DNA of 64,000 nucleotides from Acidobacteriota bacterium (GTDB taxonomy: Bacteria > Acidobacteriota > Aminicenantia > Aminicenantales > Saccharicenantaceae), in contig JAKQUO010000028.1 in assembly GCA_029569255.1 (NCBI GenBank), positions 163,904 through 227,903 on the forward strand. The letters are read 5' to 3'. The notes under the pieces were generated by a model. That model did no database searches, was not told the DNA's origin, and saw nothing but the letters and a program-made list of their open reading frames with translations. Shown here piece after piece: positions 19,153 to 26,148 of this stretch (position 1 is its first letter; the number at the start of each line of letters is the position of its first letter). The translations under genes and the position numbers were made by a program.

Positions 19153-19638
19153 ATGTTCAGCGGACGCGACCGATCGGGCTTCACCCTGGCCGAGCTCATC
19201 ATCACCCTGTCCCTCCTCGCCGTCCTGGCCCTCTCCGCCCTGCCCTTGGGCAAGATGGCCGTCAAGCGCGAGAACGAGGTCGAGCTCCAGCGGGCCCTGC
19301 GGACGGTGCGCGAGGCCATCGACGCCTGGAAGAGGCTGGCCGACGAGAAGGCCTTCGAGTTCGACGAGGACACCGAGGGCTACCCGCCGACGCTCGAGGA
19401 CCTGGTCAAGGGGGTCGAGGTCAAGGACAGGGACGCCAAGGGCCAGCCGGGTCGCAAGAGGACGGTCAAGTTCCTGCGCCGCATCCCCAAGGACCCCATG
19501 ACGAACTCCTTCGACTGGGGCCTGAGGTCCTACCAGGACGACCCCGACTCGGACGTCTGGGGCGAGGAGAATGTCTACGATGTCTACACCAAAAGCCAGG
19601 CCGTGGCCCTCGACGGGACGCGCTACCGGGACTGGTGA
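19153..19638 (+). CDS. GspG-like pseudopilin 1 (prepilin N-terminal cleavage/methylation domain)
   Basis: Leader MFSGRDRSG then FTLAELIITLSLL (F+1, E+5); C-terminal KFLRRIPKDPMT GspG signature. Confidence 0.8.
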   Translation: MFSGRDRSGFTLAELIITLSLLAVLALSALPLGKMAVKRENEVELQRALRTVREAIDAWKRLADEKAFEFDEDTEGYPPTLEDLVKGVEVKDRDAKGQPGRKRTVKFLRRIPKDPMTNSFDWGLRSYQDDPDSDVWGEENVYDVYTKSQAVALDGTRYRDW

Positions 19639-20023
19639 GCGCGGCTTCACCCTGATCGAGCTCATCATCGTCCTGAGCATCATCGGCCTGCTTGTCGGCC
19701 TGGCCCTCCCCACCTACAAGTCGGCGCGGGTCAAGGGCGAGGAGGCGGTCCTCAAGGAGAACCTGTTCGTCCTGCGCAAGCTCATCGACCAGTACGCCCA
19801 GGACAAGGGCAAGTATCCGGCCTCGCTCCAGACGCTCGTCCAGGAGAGCTACATCCGCGCCGTCCCCATCGACCCGATGACGCGCCTGGCCGACTGGATC
19901 GAGGTCCGGGAGCTGCCCTCGCCCGAGGACCCGATGCTCAACGAGATCCCCGGCGTCATCGACGTCAAGTCCAATTCGGCCGCCAAATCGCCTCTCGATG
20001 GCTCGCCCTACAACGCCTGGTGA
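19571..20023 (+). CDS. GspG-like pseudopilin 2
   Basis: ...GERG then FTLIELIIVLSIIGLL; YIRAVPIDPMT signature; overlaps pilin 1 by about 60 nt. Confidence 0.8.
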   Translation: MSTMSTPKARPWPSTGRATGTGERGFTLIELIIVLSIIGLLVGLALPTYKSARVKGEEAVLKENLFVLRKLIDQYAQDKGKYPASLQTLVQESYIRAVPIDPMTRLADWIEVRELPSPEDPMLNEIPGVIDVKSNSAAKSPLDGSPYNAW

Positions 20024-20555
20024 CGCCGCCCGTCGCGCCGGAGCGCCGGGCTACGCCCTCATCATGCTGACCTTCGCCGCCTTCCTCCTGGCCATCGGCC
20101 TGCTCGTCGCCCTGCCCGTCCTGCAGACCGAGGTCCAGCGCGAAAAGGAGGAGGAGCTCATCTTCCGGGGCCGGCAGTACGCCGAGGCCGTGCGCATCTT
20201 CGTCCTCAAGAACCCCGGCAGGTTCCCGTCCAGCCTCAAGGAGCTCCTCGAGAAAAAGTGCATCCGCCGCCTCTACCGGGACCCTTTCGGGCCCGACGGC
20301 CGGTGGAGCGTCGTGCTGGCCACGGGCCAAGCGCCGTCCGGGCAGGGTGCGGCCCAGGAGGTCCTGGTGGCGCCGGAGGGCGCTCTGCCGGCCATCAAGA
20401 ACCCGATGATCCTCGGCGTCGTCAGCTCGTCGACGGCCCGGTCGGTCAAAATCTGGAACGACGAGGAATCCCACGACAAGTGGCTCTTCTACTACGGCCA
20501 GGACCCGAAGAAGCCCCCTAAGATCGTCTATTACGGCCAGGAAGAGAAGCGCTGA
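19998..20555 (+). CDS. GspG-like pseudopilin 3 with atypical N-terminus (G then YALIM, no Phe+1 or Glu+5)
   Basis: CIRRLYRDPFG GspG core motif; alternative start at Met of MLTFAAF. Confidence 0.6.
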   Translation: MARPTTPGDAARRAGAPGYALIMLTFAAFLLAIGLLVALPVLQTEVQREKEEELIFRGRQYAEAVRIFVLKNPGRFPSSLKELLEKKCIRRLYRDPFGPDGRWSVVLATGQAPSGQGAAQEVLVAPEGALPAIKNPMILGVVSSSTARSVKIWNDEESHDKWLFYYGQDPKKPPKIVYYGQEEKR

Positions 20556-20578
20556 CGGGCGGGCCGGGGCGCGCGGCC

Positions 20579-21205
20579 TCAGACCAGGGGCACGAAACGG
20601 ACGGAAAGCAGGCTCTCCCGCCTGATTCCCGTCCGCTCCCGGCGGACGAGGACGAGCTCCTGGGCGCCCGCGCCGACCGGCGCGATCATCCTCCCTCCCA
20701 AGGCCAGCTGGTCCTCGAGCGCCTTGGGGAGCGTCGCCGCCGCGGCGGTGACGATGACGGCGTCGAAGGGCGCCTCCTCGGGCCAGCCGGCCGTGCCGTC
20801 GCCGACGCGGTAGTGGATGTTGGCGTAGCCCAGGCCGTCGAGGACGGTCCGGGCCCGCCGGGCCAGCGTCTCCACGATCTCGACCGTGAAGACCGTCCCG
20901 GCGATCTCGGCCAGAACAGCCGTCTGATACCCGGATCCGGTGCCGATCTCGAGGACCTTCTCCCCGCCCTCGAGTGCCAGCGACTCGGTCATGTAGGCGA
21001 CGATGTAGGGCTGCGAGATCGTCTGCCCCTCCCCGATGGGGAGCGGCTCGTCGGCGTAGGCGCTGCGGCGCAGGCTTTCGGGGACGAACAGGTGGCGGGG
21101 GACCTTGCCCATGACCCCCAGGACGCGCTCATCCCGGACGCCGCGGGCCCGGATCTGGGTCTCGACCATCAGCCGCCGCTCCTCGGCGAAGGCCTTTTCC
21201 CGCAA
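20579..21205 (-). CDS. pcm: Protein-L-isoaspartate O-methyltransferase
   Basis: SAM motif VLEIGTGSGYQTAVLA and TISQPY motif. Confidence 0.9.
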   Translation of the reverse strand: MREKAFAEERRLMVETQIRARGVRDERVLGVMGKVPRHLFVPESLRRSAYADEPLPIGEGQTISQPYIVAYMTESLALEGGEKVLEIGTGSGYQTAVLAEIAGTVFTVEIVETLARRARTVLDGLGYANIHYRVGDGTAGWPEEAPFDAVIVTAAAATLPKALEDQLALGGRMIAPVGAGAQELVLVRRERTGIRRESLLSVRFVPLV

Positions 21206-21246
21206 GGCTCTCCCCTTTCAGCCTGCGCTATTCATGGATAGCCGGT

Positions 21247-22701
21247 CTAATAAGCGCGGGCGAAGTAGGCCAGGGCCTGCCCGGCGCCGCCGCAGCTGAC
21301 GCAGGGCCGGTCCGTCTTGGACGCGGCCTCTTCGGTCGGGATGACCCTGATCGTGGCCATGGTCTCGGCCTTGATCCGGGCCTCGCAGGCCTCGCCGCCG
21401 CACCAGGCCGCCCGGACGAAGCCTCGCTTCGTCTCCAGGATGGCCTTGAACTCCGCGTAGTCCGCGGCGTCGCGGATATTGGCCTCGAGGAAGGCCTTGG
21501 CCTGGGCCATGAGCCCGGCCTGGATCTCGTCGAGGAGGGCGGGGACGCGGGCGCCCAGGTCCGCCAGGCGGGCCGTTTCCTTGGCCCCGGTGTCGCGGCG
21601 GACGAGGACGGCCTGGCCGGCCTTGACGTCGCGCGGGCCGATCTCCAGGCGCAGCGGCACGCCGCGCATCTCGTGCTCGGAGAACTTCCAGCCCGGCGTG
21701 GCCTCCTCGCGGGCGTCCAGGTCGACGCGCAGGCCGGCCGCCCTCAGGCTCTCGGCCGCGGCCCGGGCGGCCGGCAGGACCGTCTCTTTCCAGTTGCCGA
21801 TGGAGATCGGGACGACGACGACCTGGACGGGGGCCACCCGCGGCGGGAAGCGCAGCCCGGAGTCGTCCCCGTGGACCATGATCAGGGCCCCGATAGTCCG
21901 CGTCGTCATGCCCCAGGAGGTCTGCCAGACGTACTGGAGCGTCTGGTTGCGGTCCTCGAAGCGGATGTCGAAGGCCTTGGAGAAGTGCTGGCCCAGGTTG
22001 TGCGAGGTGGCCATCTGGAGGGCCTTGCCGTCGGACATCAGGGCCTCGACGGCGTAGGTCATCGAGGCCCCGGCGAACTTCTCGCTGAGGGACTTGCGGC
22101 CGGTCAGGACGGGAACGGCCAGCTCGGCCTCGCAGACGTCGCGGTAGAGGTCGAGGATGCGCAGGGTCTCGGCCTCGCACTCCTCGGCCGTCTCGTGGCA
22201 GGTGTGGCCCTCCTGCCACAGGAACTCCGTCGTCCGGAGGAAGGGCCGGGTGACCTTTTCCCAGCGGACGATGTTGGCCCACTGGTTGATGAGGACCGGG
22301 AGGTCCCGCCAGGACTTGATCCACTTGGCGTACATGTGGCCGATGATGGCCTCGGAGGTCGGCCGGACCGCCAGTCGCTCCTCGAGCTCCTCCTTGCCGC
22401 CGACCGTGACCCAGGCCACCTCGGGCGAGAAGCCCTGGACGTGCTCGGCCTCTTTCTGGAGGAAGCTCTCGGGGATGAACAGCGGGAAATAGGCGTTGAC
22501 GTGACCGGCGGCCTTGATGCGCCGGTCGAGCGCGTTACGGACGTTCTCCCAGACCGCGTAGCCGTGGGGACGGATGACCATCATGCCCTTCATCGGCGTG
22601 TAGTCGGCGAGCTCGGCCTTCTGGACGACCTCCACGTACCACTTCGAGAAGTCCTCGCTCTTGGGCGTGAGCTCTTTCATCGTCCGGTCCTTCTCTTTCA
22701 C
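21247..22701 (-). CDS. proS: Prolyl-tRNA synthetase (archaeal/eukaryote-like type), GTG start with SD AAGGAG
   Basis: Class II aaRS motifs and C-terminal Zn-binding domain typical of short ProRS. Confidence 0.95.
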   Translation of the reverse strand: MKEKDRTMKELTPKSEDFSKWYVEVVQKAELADYTPMKGMMVIRPHGYAVWENVRNALDRRIKAAGHVNAYFPLFIPESFLQKEAEHVQGFSPEVAWVTVGGKEELEERLAVRPTSEAIIGHMYAKWIKSWRDLPVLINQWANIVRWEKVTRPFLRTTEFLWQEGHTCHETAEECEAETLRILDLYRDVCEAELAVPVLTGRKSLSEKFAGASMTYAVEALMSDGKALQMATSHNLGQHFSKAFDIRFEDRNQTLQYVWQTSWGMTTRTIGALIMVHGDDSGLRFPPRVAPVQVVVVPISIGNWKETVLPAARAAAESLRAAGLRVDLDAREEATPGWKFSEHEMRGVPLRLEIGPRDVKAGQAVLVRRDTGAKETARLADLGARVPALLDEIQAGLMAQAKAFLEANIRDAADYAEFKAILETKRGFVRAAWCGGEACEARIKAETMATIRVIPTEEAASKTDRPCVSCGGAGQALAYFARAY

Positions 22702-22730
22702 AGCATCTCCTTGTCTTTGAGCGTTTTAGG

Positions 22731-22759
22731 ATTCTAGCCGGGGGTCGGCGGATTGTCAA
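22731..22759 (-). promoter_or_regulatory. proS promoter: perfect -35 TTGACA, 17-nt spacer, -10 TAGAAT
   Basis: Reverse complement of 22754-22759 and 22731-22736; about 23-nt leader with AAGGAG SD before GTG. Confidence 0.55.
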
Positions 22760-22763
22760 GGAA

Positions 22764-22800
22764 CCGCCCGGGGAAACCCGGGGCGCGGTCTTTTTTCTCC
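22764..22800 (+). terminator. Intrinsic-terminator-like element on the plus strand: GC hairpin (22765-22785) then tcttttttctcc
   Basis: Seen in sequence; lies just upstream (minus sense) of the proS -35 and 160 nt upstream of the first PilZ gene. Confidence 0.4.
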
Positions 22801-22959
22801 GGGAAAGAGAACGTGTCCCGGTCGTCCGGAGGAAGGTCCGCCCGCGGGGCCGGGAATATCCCCCGTTGGTTCATCTTCAGGGGTGATTGACCGGCCGGAC
22901 CGTCCCGTGGGATGCTGGGGACGCCAAGCTCGAAGGAAGTCAAAGGAAAAGGAAGCGCG

Positions 22960-23370
22960 ATGTTGAGCCGGTTCACTTGGGACGCCAGGCCCGCCCGCAG
23001 CCGTCCGGCCGGGCGCGGCTTCAAGCTCGCCCTGCCGATGACCGTCGAGGGTCCGGACCCCGACGGGGCCTTCTTCCATGAGGAGACGACCCTCTCCTAC
23101 ATGAGCCACCAGAGCGCGCTCTTCCCGCTGAAGAACGCCGTCGCCCTGGGCTCCCGGCTGAAGCTGGCCGTGGCCCTGCCGCCCAAGCTGGACGAGAGGC
23201 GGGCCCTCAAGCTCGTGGTCAAGGGCACCATCGTCGACGTCGAGCCCGGACAGGGGGACGGCGCGCCCCCGCAGGTCGCCCTGCGCCTCGAGTCGAGATA
23301 CATCATCCAGGCCGACACCGGCGAGGCGGCCTCCGGAAGCGTCCCGCCGGGCGACGCGCCTAGCCTCTGA
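22960..23370 (+). CDS. PilZ-domain protein (degenerate c-di-GMP motifs)
   Basis: RPARSRPAGR ... TLSYMSHQSALF in PilZ positions; SD AAGGAAAAGGAAG ahead of ATG 22960. Confidence 0.6.
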   Translation: MLSRFTWDARPARSRPAGRGFKLALPMTVEGPDPDGAFFHEETTLSYMSHQSALFPLKNAVALGSRLKLAVALPPKLDERRALKLVVKGTIVDVEPGQGDGAPPQVALRLESRYIIQADTGEAASGSVPPGDAPSL

Positions 23371-23400
23371 AGGTGAGCGCCGGGGCCGGAATATGACCCC

Positions 23401-23847
23401 GTGATTCCTCACGATAAGGGATTGTCCGCCTCTCCGGGAACGGCGACAATGCCGTCCGACATGGAAATGGCCAAGTCTCTTCATGGTCCCTCCCCCCAAG
23501 GCGCGGCCAGGGCCGGGAAGAGGGAGCGTTCCTTCGAGCTCTCGCTCCCGGCCCTGATCAAAGGGCTCGACGCGTCCGGCCGGAAGTTCGAGGAGCGGAC
23601 CTCGGTCTGCGGCATCAGCGCCCAGGAGGCCCAGTTCCGGCTCAAAGCCAAGCTCGGCATCGACAACCGCGTGACCCTGTTCCTCGACATCCCCCGGACC
23701 CTCATCCTCGAGAGCCCTCTGCGGATGGTCCTGTCGGGGGCGGTGGTGTACGTCCGCCTGGATGGCGACGGCGACAAGCCGCAGCACGTCGTCGTCCGGC
23801 TCGACCGCAGCTTCCGCCTCCATCCCAACAGCCTGCCGCCGGCCTAG
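23401..23847 (+). CDS. PilZ-like domain protein (degenerate motifs); start uncertain (GTG 23401 or ATG 23449)
   Basis: KRERSFELSLP ... TSVCGISAQEAQF resemble RxxxR / DxSxxG PilZ motifs. Confidence 0.5.
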   Translation: MIPHDKGLSASPGTATMPSDMEMAKSLHGPSPQGAARAGKRERSFELSLPALIKGLDASGRKFEERTSVCGISAQEAQFRLKAKLGIDNRVTLFLDIPRTLILESPLRMVLSGAVVYVRLDGDGDKPQHVVVRLDRSFRLHPNSLPPA

Positions 23848-23887
23848 CCGCGGCCCGCCTTTCTCACCCCCCCCCTCACCCCCCGGC

Positions 23888-23916
23888 TTGACAAGCCTCC
23901 GGCGATTGTCTATGAT
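23888..23916 (+). promoter_or_regulatory. Promoter of the LuxR-type regulator: TTGACA-N17-TATGAT
   Basis: Seen in sequence; 65 nt upstream of ATG 23982. Confidence 0.55.
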
Positions 23917-23981
23917 TCGGCCGCTCCCTGAGCGACAAGCCCGCGTAGCCGACCACAACGCTGAAAGGGGCCGAGGCCAGC

Positions 23982-24668
23982 ATGGAGAAAAAGAAAGCCG
24001 CCGTCAGTCCGCAGAAGATCACCCTCCTCGTCTTCTGCCCGTCCGACATCATCCTCGCCGGCATCCTGAGGGCCCTCGAGGCCGACCCGGACCTGGAGAT
24101 CCTCAACATCGAGAAGAACACCATCGAATCTTTCATGGATTCGATCCGGAAGCTCAAGCCGGAGGTCATCCTCTTCGCCCACATGGAGGCCCTGCCGAAC
24201 CTCCGCGAGATCTGCAAGGCCATCCGCGAGATATCCAAGGCCCAGGGCAAGTCGGAGCTCCTGCTCCTCGGCAGCATCCCGGCCCACGAGGAGATCGTCA
24301 ACCTCATCAACGCCGGGGCCCGCGGCTACTTCGACCTCAACGACGCCTCGACCCAGCTGCCCGAGGCGGTCCGGGGCATCCACAAGGGCGAGATCTGGCT
24401 GCCCCGCGACAAGATGTCCAGCATCATGGACCGGATAATCTCGGTCGTCGGGCGCGACCTCAAGGAGAAAACGCTCGACCAGCTGACCCCGACCGAGTTC
24501 CAGGTCCTGCGCCTGATCGGCCAGGGCAAGAGCAACGACGAGATCGCCGAGCTGATGTTCATCAGCAAGAACACCGTCCGGTCGCACATCAAGAGCATCT
24601 ACGCCAAGCTCGACACGCACAGCCGGCTGCAGCTGGCGCTCTACGCCATCAATTCGGCCCTCTTCTAA
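23982..24668 (+). CDS. LuxR/CsgD-family transcriptional regulator with aspartate-less (pseudo-)receiver domain
   Basis: C-terminal LuxR HTH (LTPTEFQVLRLIGQGKSNDEIAELMFISKNTVRSHI); receiver positions DD become F-C and the phospho-Asp becomes Ala (VILFAHMEALPN); WLPR motif at the end of the receiver. Confidence 0.85.
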   Translation: MEKKKAAVSPQKITLLVFCPSDIILAGILRALEADPDLEILNIEKNTIESFMDSIRKLKPEVILFAHMEALPNLREICKAIREISKAQGKSELLLLGSIPAHEEIVNLINAGARGYFDLNDASTQLPEAVRGIHKGEIWLPRDKMSSIMDRIISVVGRDLKEKTLDQLTPTEFQVLRLIGQGKSNDEIAELMFISKNTVRSHIKSIYAKLDTHSRLQLALYAINSALF

Positions 24669-24688
24669 CGCCAGGAAGCGAGGACGAC

Positions 24689-25111
24689 ATGACCAAGACA
24701 CCCGCCCCGAAGAAGAAAGCCGGTCTCAAGAAGAAGCCCAAGACCCTGCCGGAGGACCTGGAGATCAACCGCCGCCGGGAATGGCGGTTCGACTTCCCCC
24801 TGGAGACGCTCATCGAGGGCAGCCTGGCCGACGGGATCAAGTTCCAGGAGCAGACCCACCTCGAGAACATCTCCTCGGGCGGGGCCTATTTCACGCTGGA
24901 TTCCGGCGTCGTCGTCGGCTCGAAGCTGAACCTGTACATCGAGCTCCCGGAGAAGCTGGCCGACGGCAAGAGGCTCCGCATGCGCGTCGGGGGGATCACG
25001 GTCCGGCTGGAAAAGCCCGACAAGAAGACCAAGCGCCAGGGCGTCGCCGTCCGGTTCAGCGATGACATGTTCAAGGTCGTCCCCGCCAAGAAAGAGCCCA
25101 AGAAGAAATAG
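24689..25111 (+). CDS. PilZ-domain protein (canonical c-di-GMP binding motifs)
   Basis: RRREWR (RxxxR) and NISSGGAYF (D/NxSxxG); Lys-rich tails. Confidence 0.8.
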   Translation: MTKTPAPKKKAGLKKKPKTLPEDLEINRRREWRFDFPLETLIEGSLADGIKFQEQTHLENISSGGAYFTLDSGVVVGSKLNLYIELPEKLADGKRLRMRVGGITVRLEKPDKKTKRQGVAVRFSDDMFKVVPAKKEPKKK

Positions 25112-25721
25112 GGTCCTCCGCGTCGCCCTGACCGGAGGGATCGCCTGCGGCAAGTCGGTCGTCGCCCGCATCCTCGAAGCGAAAGGCTGCGTCGTCCTGT
25201 CCGCCGACGCCACCGCCCACGCCCTGATGCTTCCCCGCAGTCGGGCCTGGAAGGCCGTAGTCGCCCGCTTCGGCCGGGGGATCCTGCGCGACGACCTGAC
25301 CATCGACCGGGCCCGGCTCGGCCGCGTCGTCTTCGCCGACCCGGCCGCCCGGCGTTGGCTGGACCGGCTGGTCCATCCGCTGGTCATGGCCGAACACGAG
25401 AAGATCGCCCGGCGGCTGGAGCGCCGGGCCGGCCGGAAACCCAAGATCCTCGTCGTCGAGGCCGCCCTGGCCATCGAGGCCGGCTACGCGGATCGTTTCG
25501 ACCGGATCGTGGTCGTCCACTGCTCCAAGGCGGAGCAGGTTCGGCGCCTGCGTCAGAGAGGGCTGAGCCGGAGCGAGGCCCTGAAGCGGATCGGATCGCA
25601 GATGGGCGCCAAGGAGAAGCTGGCCCGGGCCGATCACGTCATCGCCGCCACGGGGACCCTCGCCTCGACGGTGGAGCAGGCCGAGCGCCTCTACGCCCAG
25701 CTCATGGGGTCAAACCTTTAA
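25062..25721 (+). CDS. coaE: Dephospho-CoA kinase
   Basis: P-loop GGIACGKS; the only in-frame start is ATG 25062, which overlaps the PilZ gene by 50 nt. Confidence 0.85.
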   Translation: MTCSRSSPPRKSPRRNRVLRVALTGGIACGKSVVARILEAKGCVVLSADATAHALMLPRSRAWKAVVARFGRGILRDDLTIDRARLGRVVFADPAARRWLDRLVHPLVMAEHEKIARRLERRAGRKPKILVVEAALAIEAGYADRFDRIVVVHCSKAEQVRRLRQRGLSRSEALKRIGSQMGAKEKLARADHVIAATGTLASTVEQAERLYAQLMGSNL

Positions 25722-25790
25722 TTCTTTAAAAATTGCCGGAGCCTATCGAGCGGCAAACAAGGAAAATTAAAAAATTAAAGGTTTGACCCC
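25706..25790. terminator. Perfect 18-bp inverted repeat (ggggtcaaacctttaatt / aattaaaggtttgacccc) with a 49-nt AT-rich spacer; bidirectional terminator for convergent coaE and ihf
   Basis: Both arms include the stop codons and last four codons of the two genes. Confidence 0.5.
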
Positions 25791-26065
25791 TTCTTGGAGA
25801 GGAGGGTCTTCAGCTCCTGGCCGGGGCGGAACTTGATGCGCTGGCCCTTTTCGATGCGGATTTGCTTCCGACGCCGGATGTCGCGGCCGAAGCCCGTCTT
25901 CTTCGGCACGACCTTGAAGCTGCCGAAGCCGCGGATCTCGACCTTCTCCTTGTTGGCCAGGGCCGATTTGAGGCATTCGAGGACGCGTTCGACGATCGCC
26001 AGCGACTTGGCCCTGTTGAACTCCGTCTTCTTCTCGATCGCCAAGGCGATGTCATTCTTGATCAT
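25775..26065 (-). CDS. HU/IHF family DNA-binding protein (IHF-like)
   Basis: GFGSFKVVPKKTGFGRDIRRRKQIRI arm motif; SD AAGGAG. Confidence 0.9.
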   Translation of the reverse strand: MIKNDIALAIEKKTEFNRAKSLAIVERVLECLKSALANKEKVEIRGFGSFKVVPKKTGFGRDIRRRKQIRIEKGQRIKFRPGQELKTLLSKKGSNL

Positions 26066-26098
26066 CAGGAGGGCTCCTTGCCGCGAAACCGACTACAA

Positions 26099-26139
26099 TA
26101 TTTAATTTATTGAAAATAAAATGTCAAGGATATTATAAT
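26099..26139. promoter_or_regulatory. Back-to-back divergent promoters: minus strand TTGACA-N17-TAAATA (ihf) and plus strand TTGAAA-N18-TATAAT (nfeD)
   Basis: AT-rich island in a 70% GC genome; the two -35 hexamers are 6 nt apart. Confidence 0.45.
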
Positions 26140-26148
26140 GGGGATGCG

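Noticed and set aside
16831-19713. 960-aa ORF on the minus strand fully antisense to pnp
   Set aside because: Low-complexity Gly/Arg/Asp/Pro-rich translation typical of the reverse frame of a high-GC gene; the opposite strand encodes an unambiguous PNPase. The same reasoning rejects the other long antisense ORFs in the track (191-1078 minus, 1008-2069 minus, 3507-5618 plus, 26107-28218 minus, 42885-44900 plus, 44873-47311 plus, 50068-52092 minus, 53133-56753 plus and others).
22805-22959. c-di-GMP (GEMM) riboswitch in the leader of the PilZ cluster
   Set aside because: No GCAAA...GAAAGCC...ACGCAAAGC-like conserved elements seen; no tetraloop/receptor pairing pattern.
26110-26148. TTG start codon for nfeD as given in the ORF track
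   Set aside because: The TTG is the first base of a TTGAAA -35 hexamer followed 18 nt later by TATAAT. The AT-rich codons MKIKCQGYYNGD are out of character for this genome, so the GTG at 26149 is preferred.
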